Positions 30,157 to 38,259 are shown, numbered from the stretch's first letter. The stretch: DNA of 45,317 nt from a virus (IMGVR_UViG_3300023283_000353:1-45317), one strand, 5' to 3'. The notes: generated by a model from the sequence alone, not told the origin. Numbers and translations: made by a program.

Positions 30157-30522
30157 TCAACGAACTCCTGTTTCGCGCCATTCCTGACAGGCGCCGCAGC
30201 GGACCGAACCCGGCGATATTTCGGCCCGGCAATCACGGCAGAGCCACCGGTTCGGGTCACCGCCGAGTTCTTCCGTCATCAGATCGACCACCGTCCCGTC
30301 GACTCTGCGTGTGATCCTGGGGGTCTGTTCCAGATCAGGCAAGGACACCGCTCCCGAGTCCAGATAGGTGGCGACCATCTCGCGAAAGGGCTCGTGTTGT
30401 CGGAGCTGAAGAACGAACTTCGTGGGAAATTGGTCTCCATTGATGTGGTGAGCCCACCGGTTCTCGAGGATCCGGACAACCGTCTGTTCAGCCGATCGGA
30501 GCCTACCATCGGTCGATTTCAT
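30157..30522 (-). CDS. Zinc-ribbon protein inserted between the TerL halves
   Basis: 121 aa with C-terminal CRDC...CGAC. Confidence 0.6.
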   Translation of the reverse strand: MKSTDGRLRSAEQTVVRILENRWAHHINGDQFPTKFVLQLRQHEPFREMVATYLDSGAVSLPDLEQTPRITRRVDGTVVDLMTEELGGDPNRWLCRDCRAEISPGSVRCGACQEWRETGVR

Positions 30523-31279
30523 CTTTCACGAGATCCTCGAAGAACGAGGGGTTCGCCGAGCTCACGGCGGTATACTTGCCGCCGCCTTCGATCGTCGGTA
30601 ACGCCGCAGTGAACGCCGATTCTGCGTCCGCCTGGAACGCCATCTCGTCGGAGAAGATCGCGCTGAACGTGTACTGGCGCACCTTGTCCGGACCCTGAGA
30701 TACCGCCATCAGAATCGAACCGTTCGGGAAGATGATCCGCATTTGCTTCCGGCGATGCGTCGGCCACGAGATGTTCGAGTGCTTCTTTCGCATGATCTGG
30801 AAGCTGACATGCAACCGCTCGAGGATCTCGTCGGCGTCCTCAGCTTTCTTCGACTGAATCGCGATCTTCTGACCCGGGAAACACATCGCCATCCAGCCAT
30901 GCAAGTTCGTGAATAGGTGTGTGACGCGGAGCTGCCGGCTTTTCGGCACCGCGATCAGATCGTTCTCGTGCCACGCGCCCGCCAGCAGCCGCAGATAGTC
31001 GTCTTCGGTACACGGACCGCATTCCCGGCCGTCTTCGGATCCGCAGTGGCATTCTCCGAGCTCGCGCACCGGGAACAACCCGGTCTCGTCGTCGATCCAG
31101 TTCGGGCCGTGCAGCAACGGACGCTCGTTTTCATGCTGGCGGCGCTCGTCGCGGGTATAGGCGTATCGCTCGAGCCAGTAGAGTGGGTTGCGCCGGATCT
31201 TCTCCCATTCGAGCGCGGACTGCGCCCGAAACAGCTTGACACGCTCGAACGGTGTCGTCGGGCGGGCGTCGGTCTGCAT
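30503..31279 (-). CDS. terL: Terminase large subunit, N-terminal ATPase part
   Basis: Walker A-type VPKSRQLRVT, QSKKAEDA, Walker B AIFSDEMAF, motif III VSSAN. Confidence 0.85.
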   Translation of the reverse strand: MQTDARPTTPFERVKLFRAQSALEWEKIRRNPLYWLERYAYTRDERRQHENERPLLHGPNWIDDETGLFPVRELGECHCGSEDGRECGPCTEDDYLRLLAGAWHENDLIAVPKSRQLRVTHLFTNLHGWMAMCFPGQKIAIQSKKAEDADEILERLHVSFQIMRKKHSNISWPTHRRKQMRIIFPNGSILMAVSQGPDKVRQYTFSAIFSDEMAFQADAESAFTAALPTIEGGGKYTAVSSANPSFFEDLVKDEIDRW

Positions 31280-31810
31280 TCAGCTTCCGGGTGGCACGAG
31301 CACCTGAGTCGGACTGCGGCCGTCCGGAGTGTTGCGGAGCGGATGGTCGCTGCGATCTGTCTCGCTCTTGAGGCGCACCGGCAACCCCTCGACCTTCGCG
31401 ATCACGTCGTCGGCGTGGATGGCAATGAAGCTCGTGCCGGGTACGTCCATGCCGCTGAACTTGTTGATGCACAGCACGTCGCCACGCCGGATCAGGCAAT
31501 GAGACTGGATCTTCTGGTGCATCTCGTGATGGATCGCGGCGTGTTCGTCGTCGCCATGCTTCAGTTCGTAGTCGGTGTCGAGCATCCGCTGCATCCAGCG
31601 ATCGTTCACCTCGAACGCGACCTCGGTCACCAGCCCGAGATCCGCGAGTTCCTCGCCGAACGAGACCGTCTCGATCGTCAGATTTTCGTGAATCTCGAGC
31701 GGTGCGAGGATGATGCGCTGGCCCGTTGGATAGACCAACACCTGCTGGCCGGCCTGAACCTCTTGCAACAACTCTTCGGGCGTCTTCAACTGCGATGTGT
31801 TGGGCTCCAC
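31280..31810 (-). CDS. groES: GroES/Cpn10-like co-chaperonin
   Basis: VYPTGQRIILAP...IRRGDVLCINKFSGMDV...IAIHADDVIAKVE. Confidence 0.7.
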   Translation of the reverse strand: MEPNTSQLKTPEELLQEVQAGQQVLVYPTGQRIILAPLEIHENLTIETVSFGEELADLGLVTEVAFEVNDRWMQRMLDTDYELKHGDDEHAAIHHEMHQKIQSHCLIRRGDVLCINKFSGMDVPGTSFIAIHADDVIAKVEGLPVRLKSETDRSDHPLRNTPDGRSPTQVLVPPGS

Positions 31811-31814
31811 GGTC

Positions 31815-32609
31815 TCAGTACCTCGGTCTCGCTAGAAACTTTTGAAGCATCCACGGCTTCGCCGCGAGCTTCGCGAACTCTTCGTGTGAGAGGCCCGCCA
31901 GCGTCTCGGCCATAAAGTCATCACGGCTCTGATCTTCGGCGAGCTCGGAATACCGAACGCGCACTTCGAGCAGCCGGGCGAGCGTGTTGTCGAAACGGAT
32001 GAGCATCCCGTGTGTCGAGACGACCTGCGGATCTTCGGTGGGGTCCATCCGGCCGCTCTGTGCGATCGCTCTCGATCGGCGCGACAGATACCTCCACACG
32101 CGGGTGTGGCCGACACGGTTCAACTTCACCGCTTGGTCGATCACCGCGACGGGCTCCACGTGGATCGCTTCGTAGACCTCGCGGTCCTGTTCGTCGAGTA
32201 GGTCGAGGATGATCTGGTCGAGCGTACGGTTGGAGCCTTCGAACTTCGTAGCGCCATGCGTTTCTTCGCCCGGCGTCATCGTGTGGCCTGAGTTCAGGAT
32301 TTGCCACGCCTGATCCTCGATCTCGCCGACCCAGAGGCCAAGTCCGTCGTCGGGATCGCAGCCCTCATGATATTCACAGCGCCCGATGCGTGGGTGATCC
32401 GTGCCGGCACCGGCGGCTTTACGGCAATGCTGCCGCGGGCCCAGCCTATCGTCGGGCGTGAAAGCTCGTTTCGCGCCACACCTGCCGGCGAACTCGCCTT
32501 TCCATTCGGTGCGCACCGGCCCGCCGTCCGCGACGTAGCGTTGTTCGACGTCGGAGAGGCCGCGCAGCCGCTCTTGGAACGTCACGTCGTCCGGGTCGTG
32601 CTCGGGCAT
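31815..32609 (-). CDS. terS: Terminase small subunit candidate
   Basis: CGAK...CRKAAGAGTDHPRIGRCEYHEG (HGGxSTG-like Zn motif) and HG; upstream of TerL. Confidence 0.6.
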   Translation of the reverse strand: MPEHDPDDVTFQERLRGLSDVEQRYVADGGPVRTEWKGEFAGRCGAKRAFTPDDRLGPRQHCRKAAGAGTDHPRIGRCEYHEGCDPDDGLGLWVGEIEDQAWQILNSGHTMTPGEETHGATKFEGSNRTLDQIILDLLDEQDREVYEAIHVEPVAVIDQAVKLNRVGHTRVWRYLSRRSRAIAQSGRMDPTEDPQVVSTHGMLIRFDNTLARLLEVRVRYSELAEDQSRDDFMAETLAGLSHEEFAKLAAKPWMLQKFLARPRY

Positions 32610-32715
32610 AGCTGCTCCTCAGCTTGTCCGAAGGGTCCCCGCCCCCGCCCCGACGGAGACCGTAACTGTCGGGCCTGTGGCGTTACCCGACGCCCACCTG
32701 CTCATCGCTTGATGT

Positions 32716-33102
32716 TCACTCGTCTTCCGCTTCGACGAAGCCGCTGACCGATTCCGGGACGCCCCAGCGGTTGAGACTTACTTCGCACCACATCGCAACC
32801 TCCTCGAGGCTGCGCAGCGCGACGAGCTGTTCGCGGCTCTCTTCGGTCAACTGGTAGATGCGCAGTGCCAACGCGATCGCGCCGCGCCGGATCTCCTTCA
32901 TGACCGCCGCTTCCTTGCCGTCCAGCGGCTCGCGCCCGGGATCGAAGCGCCCGACGAGCTCCTGGTATGCCGGATCCGACGAAGCCTTCATCTCGGCGAC
33001 CATCTGATCGACGGCGCCGTCCGCCTCATCCGGTCGCTGCGAAGACGACGAACCGGCGCCTTTCGGCGCCCGGTTCTGCGCTACGGTCTCAGAGCTCGCC
33101 AT
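32716..33102 (-). CDS. Acb2/Tad1-like helical-hairpin protein (candidate cyclic-nucleotide sponge)
   Basis: RF..P...IRRGAIALALRIYQLTEESREQLVALRSLEEVAMWCEVSLNR resembles the SRExSLAxTxLEExxMWxxxxIAR pattern. Confidence 0.5.
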   Translation of the reverse strand: MASSETVAQNRAPKGAGSSSSQRPDEADGAVDQMVAEMKASSDPAYQELVGRFDPGREPLDGKEAAVMKEIRRGAIALALRIYQLTEESREQLVALRSLEEVAMWCEVSLNRWGVPESVSGFVEAEDE

Positions 33103-33509
33103 ATGTCTACCTCGTCAGGAAAATCGGTGAGCATCGCTCGCAGCACGACCTCGACGCCGGCTTCGGGCAGCACATCGTCGAGGCCTTTCTTCACGCGCAT
33201 CCGGATCATACGCCGGAAGAAGCCGAGCGGGATCTTCTCGAGCAGCGGATCCGCGACTCGTCGCATCGCCTCGTCGATCATCCGGTCGCTGATCTGCTCG
33301 CCGTGCCGGTCGGTCCACAGCACCAAGATGCGTGCGGCGAGCGTGCGGGTGCGCCTCGACTTCGCGCTCCTTGCCGCGTCCAGCAGATACTCGAGCACCT
33401 CGGGATCCGAGATCAGCACCAACGCCGCCTGCGCACGATCCGCGACCGGCAGATCAGCTAGATCGTTGAGCGATAACACTTCGCGCCCCTCTACGTGCTC
33501 GTCGGCCAT
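33081..33509 (-). CDS. Hypothetical protein
   Basis: GAGGAGG SD before ATG 33509 (MADEHVEG). Confidence 0.65.
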   Translation of the reverse strand: MADEHVEGREVLSLNDLADLPVADRAQAALVLISDPEVLEYLLDAARSAKSRRTRTLAARILVLWTDRHGEQISDRMIDEAMRRVADPLLEKIPLGFFRRMIRMRVKKGLDDVLPEAGVEVVLRAMLTDFPDEVDIWRALRP

Positions 33510-33537
33510 CTGAGCCTCCTCTGTACGGTCTGAACAG

Positions 33538-34170
33538 TTATCTGCTGGCCCACCGCGCCGCACGCTGCATGTCGATCTCGAGTGCCTGCGGATAGTCCGA
33601 GCAGTCGCCGGCACAGCCGACCACCTCGCCCCCGCGCCAGAGCAGCGCCGTGAGCTGATAGTTCCGGCCGTCTACCGAGTCGATCACCGCACCGCGACGA
33701 TCGAAAGCCACCACCGTCCACAGCGTATCGCCACCCTCGACACGGCGGTCGATCTCTACCCTCGCCTGCACGATCGTCGCCGAGTCCGACGCCGCGAACA
33801 GATCCGGCTCCGGACATTCGATCAGTAGTTCGAAGTCGTGCTCGATCCACACCGAATCGGACAGCGTCTCGCTTTTCGCCCGCGCCCCGGAGACCACCGC
33901 CTTGTCGAGCCGTACGTGCTGCGAAACCTCACGCACCACCGAGTCCCGGGCCGCGACCCGGAAGACCCGGTAGAAGCCGCCGCCGAGTGCTCGCGTGTCG
34001 AACGGGCAGCGCAAATCCAGCGTGTCGAGCGACGTCTGGATCTCAGCCGCGGCCGCCAGGACGGAGCGGGCCGCCGGAGACCTCGAGGACGTCGACAGAT
34101 TGCTCCCCATCCACGTACCGAGCGCCAAGCACGTCGCGCAGAAGGCGACGAATCTTGCGTTCGATCTCAT
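33538..34170 (-). CDS. Signal-anchored/secreted hypothetical protein
   Basis: GGAGG SD before MRSNARFVAFCATCLALGTW (signal or TM segment). Confidence 0.6.
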   Translation of the reverse strand: MRSNARFVAFCATCLALGTWMGSNLSTSSRSPAARSVLAAAAEIQTSLDTLDLRCPFDTRALGGGFYRVFRVAARDSVVREVSQHVRLDKAVVSGARAKSETLSDSVWIEHDFELLIECPEPDLFAASDSATIVQARVEIDRRVEGGDTLWTVVAFDRRGAVIDSVDGRNYQLTALLWRGGEVVGCAGDCSDYPQALEIDMQRAARWASR

Positions 34171-34234
34171 GACGGTCCGCCTCCTCCGTCTCGAGGTAGA
34201 AACGTGCGACCACACCGTAGCGAGGCAAACCGGA

Positions 34235-34984
34235 TCAGGCGACCTCCTCTTCGGCCGCCGCCATCAACGCCCGCCTTACCGCCCTCGCGATCGCGCACGC
34301 CATCGGGATCGGGACACCGTTGCCGATGGCCGCGATCTTGCCGCGCACCGTCATCCCCGGCAAATCGAAATCGTCCGGCAGACCTTGCGCGACCTTCGCC
34401 TGCTCGAAGAACGCCTTCGTCTTGTCGCCGTACACACGCCCGGCCGCGGTCTTCCGCGTTTTCGACCCGCCGATCCTCACGGGGACCCACGTCGATGCCG
34501 ACGCGCAGATCGCCGGCAACGGTTCCGGATCGTGCAGCAGCTTCATTTCCGGACCCATGTCCAGCTTCAGACCCTCGGGCGTCCCGAACGAGAATCGCCG
34601 CTTCCGCTTCGTGTCGCCGCCGACCCACACGTCGCGAATCACCACGTCCGACACCTCGTAGCCCACGACCTCCGGCAGCGGACCCTCCGGCACCATCTCC
34701 ATCAGGAACCAGCGCGGCGCCGCCTCGGCTACGATGCGCTCGAACTCCGGGATGAGATTGTCCGCCGGCGGTAAATCGAACACCCGGCGTAGCCTCGAGA
34801 ACGCCTTGCACGGTGGCCCGCCAATCACGCCGCCGAATACGTCGCCCGGTGGCGACCAGCCCCGCACGTCGCGGCCCCACAGCAGATCCGGACCGCGCAC
34901 CACGCACCACCCCTCGCCCTCGAACCCCCGGTCCAGCATCCCGATCCCCGGGAACACCGATAGCAGCAGCTCGTCAACCATCAT
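34235..34984 (-). CDS. DNA (cytosine-5)-methyltransferase
   Basis: Motif I SVFPGIG, IV GGPPC, VI MEMVP, VIII KRKRRF, X IGNGVP. Confidence 0.85.
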   Translation of the reverse strand: MMVDELLLSVFPGIGMLDRGFEGEGWCVVRGPDLLWGRDVRGWSPPGDVFGGVIGGPPCKAFSRLRRVFDLPPADNLIPEFERIVAEAAPRWFLMEMVPEGPLPEVVGYEVSDVVIRDVWVGGDTKRKRRFSFGTPEGLKLDMGPEMKLLHDPEPLPAICASASTWVPVRIGGSKTRKTAAGRVYGDKTKAFFEQAKVAQGLPDDFDLPGMTVRGKIAAIGNGVPIPMACAIARAVRRALMAAAEEEVA

Positions 34985-35693
34985 CGCCCTCGAACAGCCC
35001 GAACTGCGGGTTTTGGTATTCCGACAATCGCCGAGTCGCGTGCACCGCGTGCCCCAGCCCCCACTCCGCTGCACGATAGCTCTCCCAGATGCCCACGCCG
35101 AAATACATCGGCTCCTCGATGAACCCGCCGAACGTGTACGGCCGCAGACGGCCTTCCTCGTCCACCTGCCTCATCCCGTGATACACCATCCAGACACGTT
35201 GCAACGGGTTCGCATCACGGAACTTCCGTAGATGCACCACCACCGCCGCCAGCGTGTCCGGAAACTTCGCCGCCAGCAGCCCCGTGTAACGCTTCGGCTT
35301 CGCGATCACCGGCGCACCACCCGACGTCCACGTCGGCGTCATCCGGAAATAGAAATCGAGCTTCGATGGCGGGCACGCCAGCGTGCCCTCCCCACCTCCC
35401 AACCCGAAAACCCCCCAGAGATCCGACGCCACCAACCCCAGTCCAGCATGCTCCCAGTAGCTCGTCTGCCCGTCCTCCGTCGGCAGCGGTTCGACATGAC
35501 GGTTTACCCGGTCGATTAGACCGTCCAACGAGTGGATCGCCCCTAACACCGCCCTCGCCGATACCTCCTCCTCCCCCTCGTCCATCCCCACCAGAACCTC
35601 CGCCAACCGCTTCCCCCCTTCCGCCTCATGCTCCGCGTCCGCCTCCAACGCCGCCTCGCGCTCCGCTGTCCCCTCTTTCAACACGTTCGCCAT
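34974..35693 (-). CDS. Hypothetical protein, first gene of the late leftward operon
   Basis: 239-aa ORF downstream of a promoter candidate and coupled to the MTase. Confidence 0.65.
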   Translation of the reverse strand: MANVLKEGTAEREAALEADAEHEAEGGKRLAEVLVGMDEGEEEVSARAVLGAIHSLDGLIDRVNRHVEPLPTEDGQTSYWEHAGLGLVASDLWGVFGLGGGEGTLACPPSKLDFYFRMTPTWTSGGAPVIAKPKRYTGLLAAKFPDTLAAVVVHLRKFRDANPLQRVWMVYHGMRQVDEEGRLRPYTFGGFIEEPMYFGVGIWESYRAAEWGLGHAVHATRRLSEYQNPQFGLFEGDDG

Positions 35694-35740
35694 TTCTCGC
35701 TACCCCCGGTCTCAAGTGCGTCGCCCTCCCTTCACTAGCA

Positions 35741-35769
35741 TTCCTACCCGATTTCTCACCCCCACGCAA
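35741..35769 (-). promoter_or_regulatory. Candidate leftward promoter TTGCGT-N17-TAGGAA
   Basis: Preceded by the A tract gaaaaaatc; intergenic, upstream of the long minus-strand operon. Confidence 0.4.
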
Positions 35770-35908
35770 GATTTTTTCGATTTCTACCCCCGCCTCCGAA
35801 GGGGCGTACCCCCATGTAGCCTGCTGCCCGCGGAACGATCCATTTCGGGACCGGGTCGGCCGCCACCAGCTCGAGGACGACGCCTCTCCCGCCCCCCTCC
35901 TGGCCGCT

Positions 35909-35963
35909 GCACACCCCGAACAGACACCGGCACCAGCTCACGGCACACCCCGAACAGACACCG
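35909..35963. repeat. Two identical 21-bp direct repeats GCACACCCCGAACAGACACCG
   Basis: Copies at 35909-35929 and 35943-35963. Confidence 0.9.
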
Positions 35964-36675
35964 CAGCGACCGAACAACTGCCGAAGACGTCACCTGCTCG
36001 GGGGGGGCGGAGGCGGATCGAGATCGCGCCGGAGGAGGGCGCCGGCCCGACACTCGGCCCGCTCCGACGGCCGCCGCCCCCGGAGGTGGATCCAGCGCGC
36101 AGCGCGCCGAGCCTGCACCAGCGCCCAGAGCGGCGGGCCCGACGCCTCCCACCGCCCGCCGCCGGTCAGCGCCTCGCGCATCCGCCGGACCGACGTCGAG
36201 GCGGTGCCCGCCGCCCGCGCCACCGCAACCGCATCCTCGGCGAGATCGTCCCACCCATACCCCTCCCCCGCCCGCTCGGCCGCCGCTCGCAGGATCACCC
36301 CCGCCGCCCGGACCCGGTGCCACCGCCCCAGCCGGGCCCGCTCGTCCATCCCTCCGGCTCCCTCCCCCGCCCGCTCCCCCCGTTCGCCGTCTTCCATGCC
36401 CCTCCCTACCCCCCTGGACCCGATCCGTGCCATCCACGGCGTCTCCCCCCCCTCCCCCCCGTAGACCCGTACCACGAGAGCCTCCCGCGAGGGCCGTGCC
36501 TGGCCGGTCCTCGGATGGGAAGGAGTGGCGGGAGGAGATGTGCGCGCCGGCGGAGAGAGACGAGCGGAGGAGGGGTTGTGTTTCTCGAACTCACGCGCGC
36601 GCTTCGATTCTGAGGAGCTTTAGCGACAAAGAATCGCTCTCTCCACCCCTCTCCTATAGTCCTCTCCCCTCCTCT

Positions 36676-36769
36676 CGGAAGGGGTTTCCGCACAGGCTTC
36701 CTCCCGGTCGAAGCCGTCACCGGTAGCGTAGGGGTGGAAGGCGCTTCTTGACGCCGGAAGGGGTTTCCG
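36676..36769. promoter_or_regulatory. Twin operator CGGAAGGGGTTTCCG
   Basis: Identical 15-mers with CGGAA/TTCCG dyad at 36676-36690 and 36755-36769. Confidence 0.65.
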
Positions 36770-36776
36770 TTATGAG
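36748..36776 (+). promoter_or_regulatory. Early rightward promoter TTGACG-N17-TATGAG
   Basis: Same -35 as the promoter at 2645-2673; just upstream of the plus-strand gene cluster. Confidence 0.55.
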
Positions 36777-36830
36777 TAAGTAGGCGCGGGGGCGAGCCTT
36801 GCGCCGAGACTTGAGACGGGAGAGGACGAG

Positions 36831-37115
36831 ATGATTCGGAGGATCACGGCGCACCTGGAGAGTATGGGGATCGCGGAGACCCGGGCCCGGGAGTTGGCCG
36901 TTGCCATCAGCATCTTGTGGAAGGCGGTTTGCCCGCTCGACCTGCGGCACCTGCGGATGCTGGAGGAGACGGCGGAGGGGCGAGCGCTGCTCACCCTGTC
37001 CGAGATGGCGGGGAGCGCCGACGGGTCCGGTACTCGGCGTGAGTTTCGGGTACGGGACGGGCGCCTCGTCTCCCGGGACGAGGCGGAGGAGATTGATTCG
37101 CTCAGCATCGCATAG
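36831..37115 (+). CDS. Early hypothetical protein
   Basis: GAGAGGA SD; 94 aa. Confidence 0.7.
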   Translation: MIRRITAHLESMGIAETRARELAVAISILWKAVCPLDLRHLRMLEETAEGRALLTLSEMAGSADGSGTRREFRVRDGRLVSRDEAEEIDSLSIA

Positions 37116-37122
37116 GAGGTGC

Positions 37123-37217
37123 GCGGGGGGCCCGGTGGCCCTGGGCGGGTTCGACCCCCGCCCCCCTGCTTCGCTCCCTCGGGGATCCGCCCCGGGGGGC
37201 CCACGGGCCCGGGAGCG
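37123..37217 (+). ncRNA. Structured intergenic element 1: tRNA-like acceptor/T-arm module plus three-way junction
   Basis: GCGGG-TTCGACC-CCCGC T-arm enclosed by GCGGGGGG/CCCCCTGC; then CGCTCCC/GGGAGCG closing two hairpins. Confidence 0.55.
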
Positions 37218-37243
37218 GGCCTACTGAGACGAGGAGGAGCACC

Positions 37244-37471
37244 ATGGATGATCACGGAGACCTGAGCGAGTGGATCGGGTGCGGGCGGGTCGACATCCAC
37301 CGGCGGTTCGGCGAGGAGGAGCACGTCCTCCGGGACGTCGAGGTCCTGGAGGCGGGGCCGTGGTGGGCGCGTCTGGACGAGCCCCGGAAGGGCGGGAGCC
37401 GCGGGACGGGTTGGATTGACACGAGGGACGTGTATCGGGTCGAGCCGGTGGCCGAGGAGGTGGCGCGATGA
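37244..37471 (+). CDS. Early hypothetical protein (small beta-rich)
   Basis: GAGGAGGAG SD; 75 aa. Confidence 0.7.
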   Translation: MDDHGDLSEWIGCGRVDIHRRFGEEEHVLRDVEVLEAGPWWARLDEPRKGGSRGTGWIDTRDVYRVEPVAEEVAR

Positions 37472-37704
37472 GGTTCCGGGCGGTGGACGAGGCGATCTAC
37501 ATCGGCGACGGTGGCCGCACCTACTGCGGCGAGCACCTGGGGTCGACGGCGTCCGAGACGGGCCGCGATCTGTCGGGCCAGCCTATCCACCGGGTGGGGC
37601 CGGCGGACGTGCAGTACTGCGCCGACCGGGGATGGCCGGTCCCTCGCTGCGAACAGTGCGGCCGCGAGGCTTCGGCGCTCCACCTGCCGCCGGGGAGGGT
37701 GTGA
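37468..37704 (+). CDS. Early zinc-binding protein
   Basis: CGEH and CEQC motifs; ATGA overlap; GGAGGTGG SD. Confidence 0.7.
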   Translation: MRFRAVDEAIYIGDGGRTYCGEHLGSTASETGRDLSGQPIHRVGPADVQYCADRGWPVPRCEQCGREASALHLPPGRV

Positions 37705-37705
37705 G

Positions 37706-37927
37706 ATGATCTCGCCGGCACAGTGCGGAGCCTGTGAGGGATCCGGAGAGGTGCTCGCGTTTGTCTCATGGCAGGGCGAGGTGTGGTGGGACCTGGATGG
37801 TCAGGACCCCGACGAGATGGCAGAACAGGGATGGGGGGGGGTGGAGCCCGTGGCCTGTCGGACCTGCGGCGGATCTGGGGAGGTGCTGGTGGAGGTGTTC
37901 CCGGCAGCGGTGCGGATCATCGGGTGA
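37706..37927 (+). CDS. Early protein with DnaJ-type CxxCxGxG zinc finger
   Basis: MISPAQCGACEGSG...CRTCGGSG; GGAGG SD. Confidence 0.7.
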   Translation: MISPAQCGACEGSGEVLAFVSWQGEVWWDLDGQDPDEMAEQGWGGVEPVACRTCGGSGEVLVEVFPAAVRIIG

Positions 37928-37931
37928 GGCC

Positions 37932-38027
37932 GGTGGGGGGCCCGTTGGGGGCCGTCGGAGGGTTCGATCCCCTCCCCCCGCCATCTTCCCCCTGGGACGA
38001 TCCCGGGGGGCCCACGGGCCCGGGAAG
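37932..38027 (+). ncRNA. Structured intergenic element 2: tRNA-like acceptor/T-arm module plus three-way junction
   Basis: GAGGG-TTCGATC-CCCTC T-arm enclosed by GGTGGGGG/CCCCCGCC-A; then CTTCCC/GGGAAG closing two hairpins. Confidence 0.55.
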
Positions 38028-38049
38028 GGTCCAGAGACGGGAGAGGACG

Positions 38050-38259
38050 ATGTACGACGAGCGATGGGAGGCGCTGGAGCGCCGGCGCATGTTCCGGGAC
38101 CCGGGGGGCGAATCGGCACTGCGTGCGGCGGGCCCGGGCAACCCCCGGAATCTGCCTTGCCCGACCTGCGGAGAGCCCGACCGGCTCACACCGGCCGACG
38201 TCGCACGGGGATACCAGTGCGACGAGTGCGCGAGGCGCGACGAGGGATGGGGCCCCTGA
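38050..38259 (+). CDS. Early zinc-finger protein
   Basis: ALRAA..NPRNLPCPTCGEPDRLTPAD..RGYQCDEC; GAGAGGA SD. Confidence 0.75.
   Translation: MYDERWEALERRRMFRDPGGESALRAAGPGNPRNLPCPTCGEPDRLTPADVARGYQCDECARRDEGWGP

Noticed and set aside
30157-30522. Homing endonuclease, intein or group I intron in TerL
   Set aside because: No HNH, LAGLIDADG or GIY-YIG motif, no intein ends, and the insert has stops in the TerL frame; splicing cannot be shown from sequence alone
148-34990. Three proteins ending in DDG as a shared C-terminal tag
   Set aside because: By-product of the next gene's SD and ATG overlapping the stop (GACGATGG)
35909-35985. CRISPR mini-array from the 21-bp repeats
   Set aside because: Only two full copies, a 13-bp gap and no cas genes
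35366-36726. Pro/Arg/Gly-rich ORFs of 160-415 aa in the divergence region
   Set aside because: Explained by extreme C skew and stop scarcity; 35990-36475 could be partly real but is unsupported
37123-37983. Calling the GGTTCGA elements true tRNA genes
   Set aside because: Each is only about 50 nt with no separate D and anticodon arms; kept as tRNA-like elements instead
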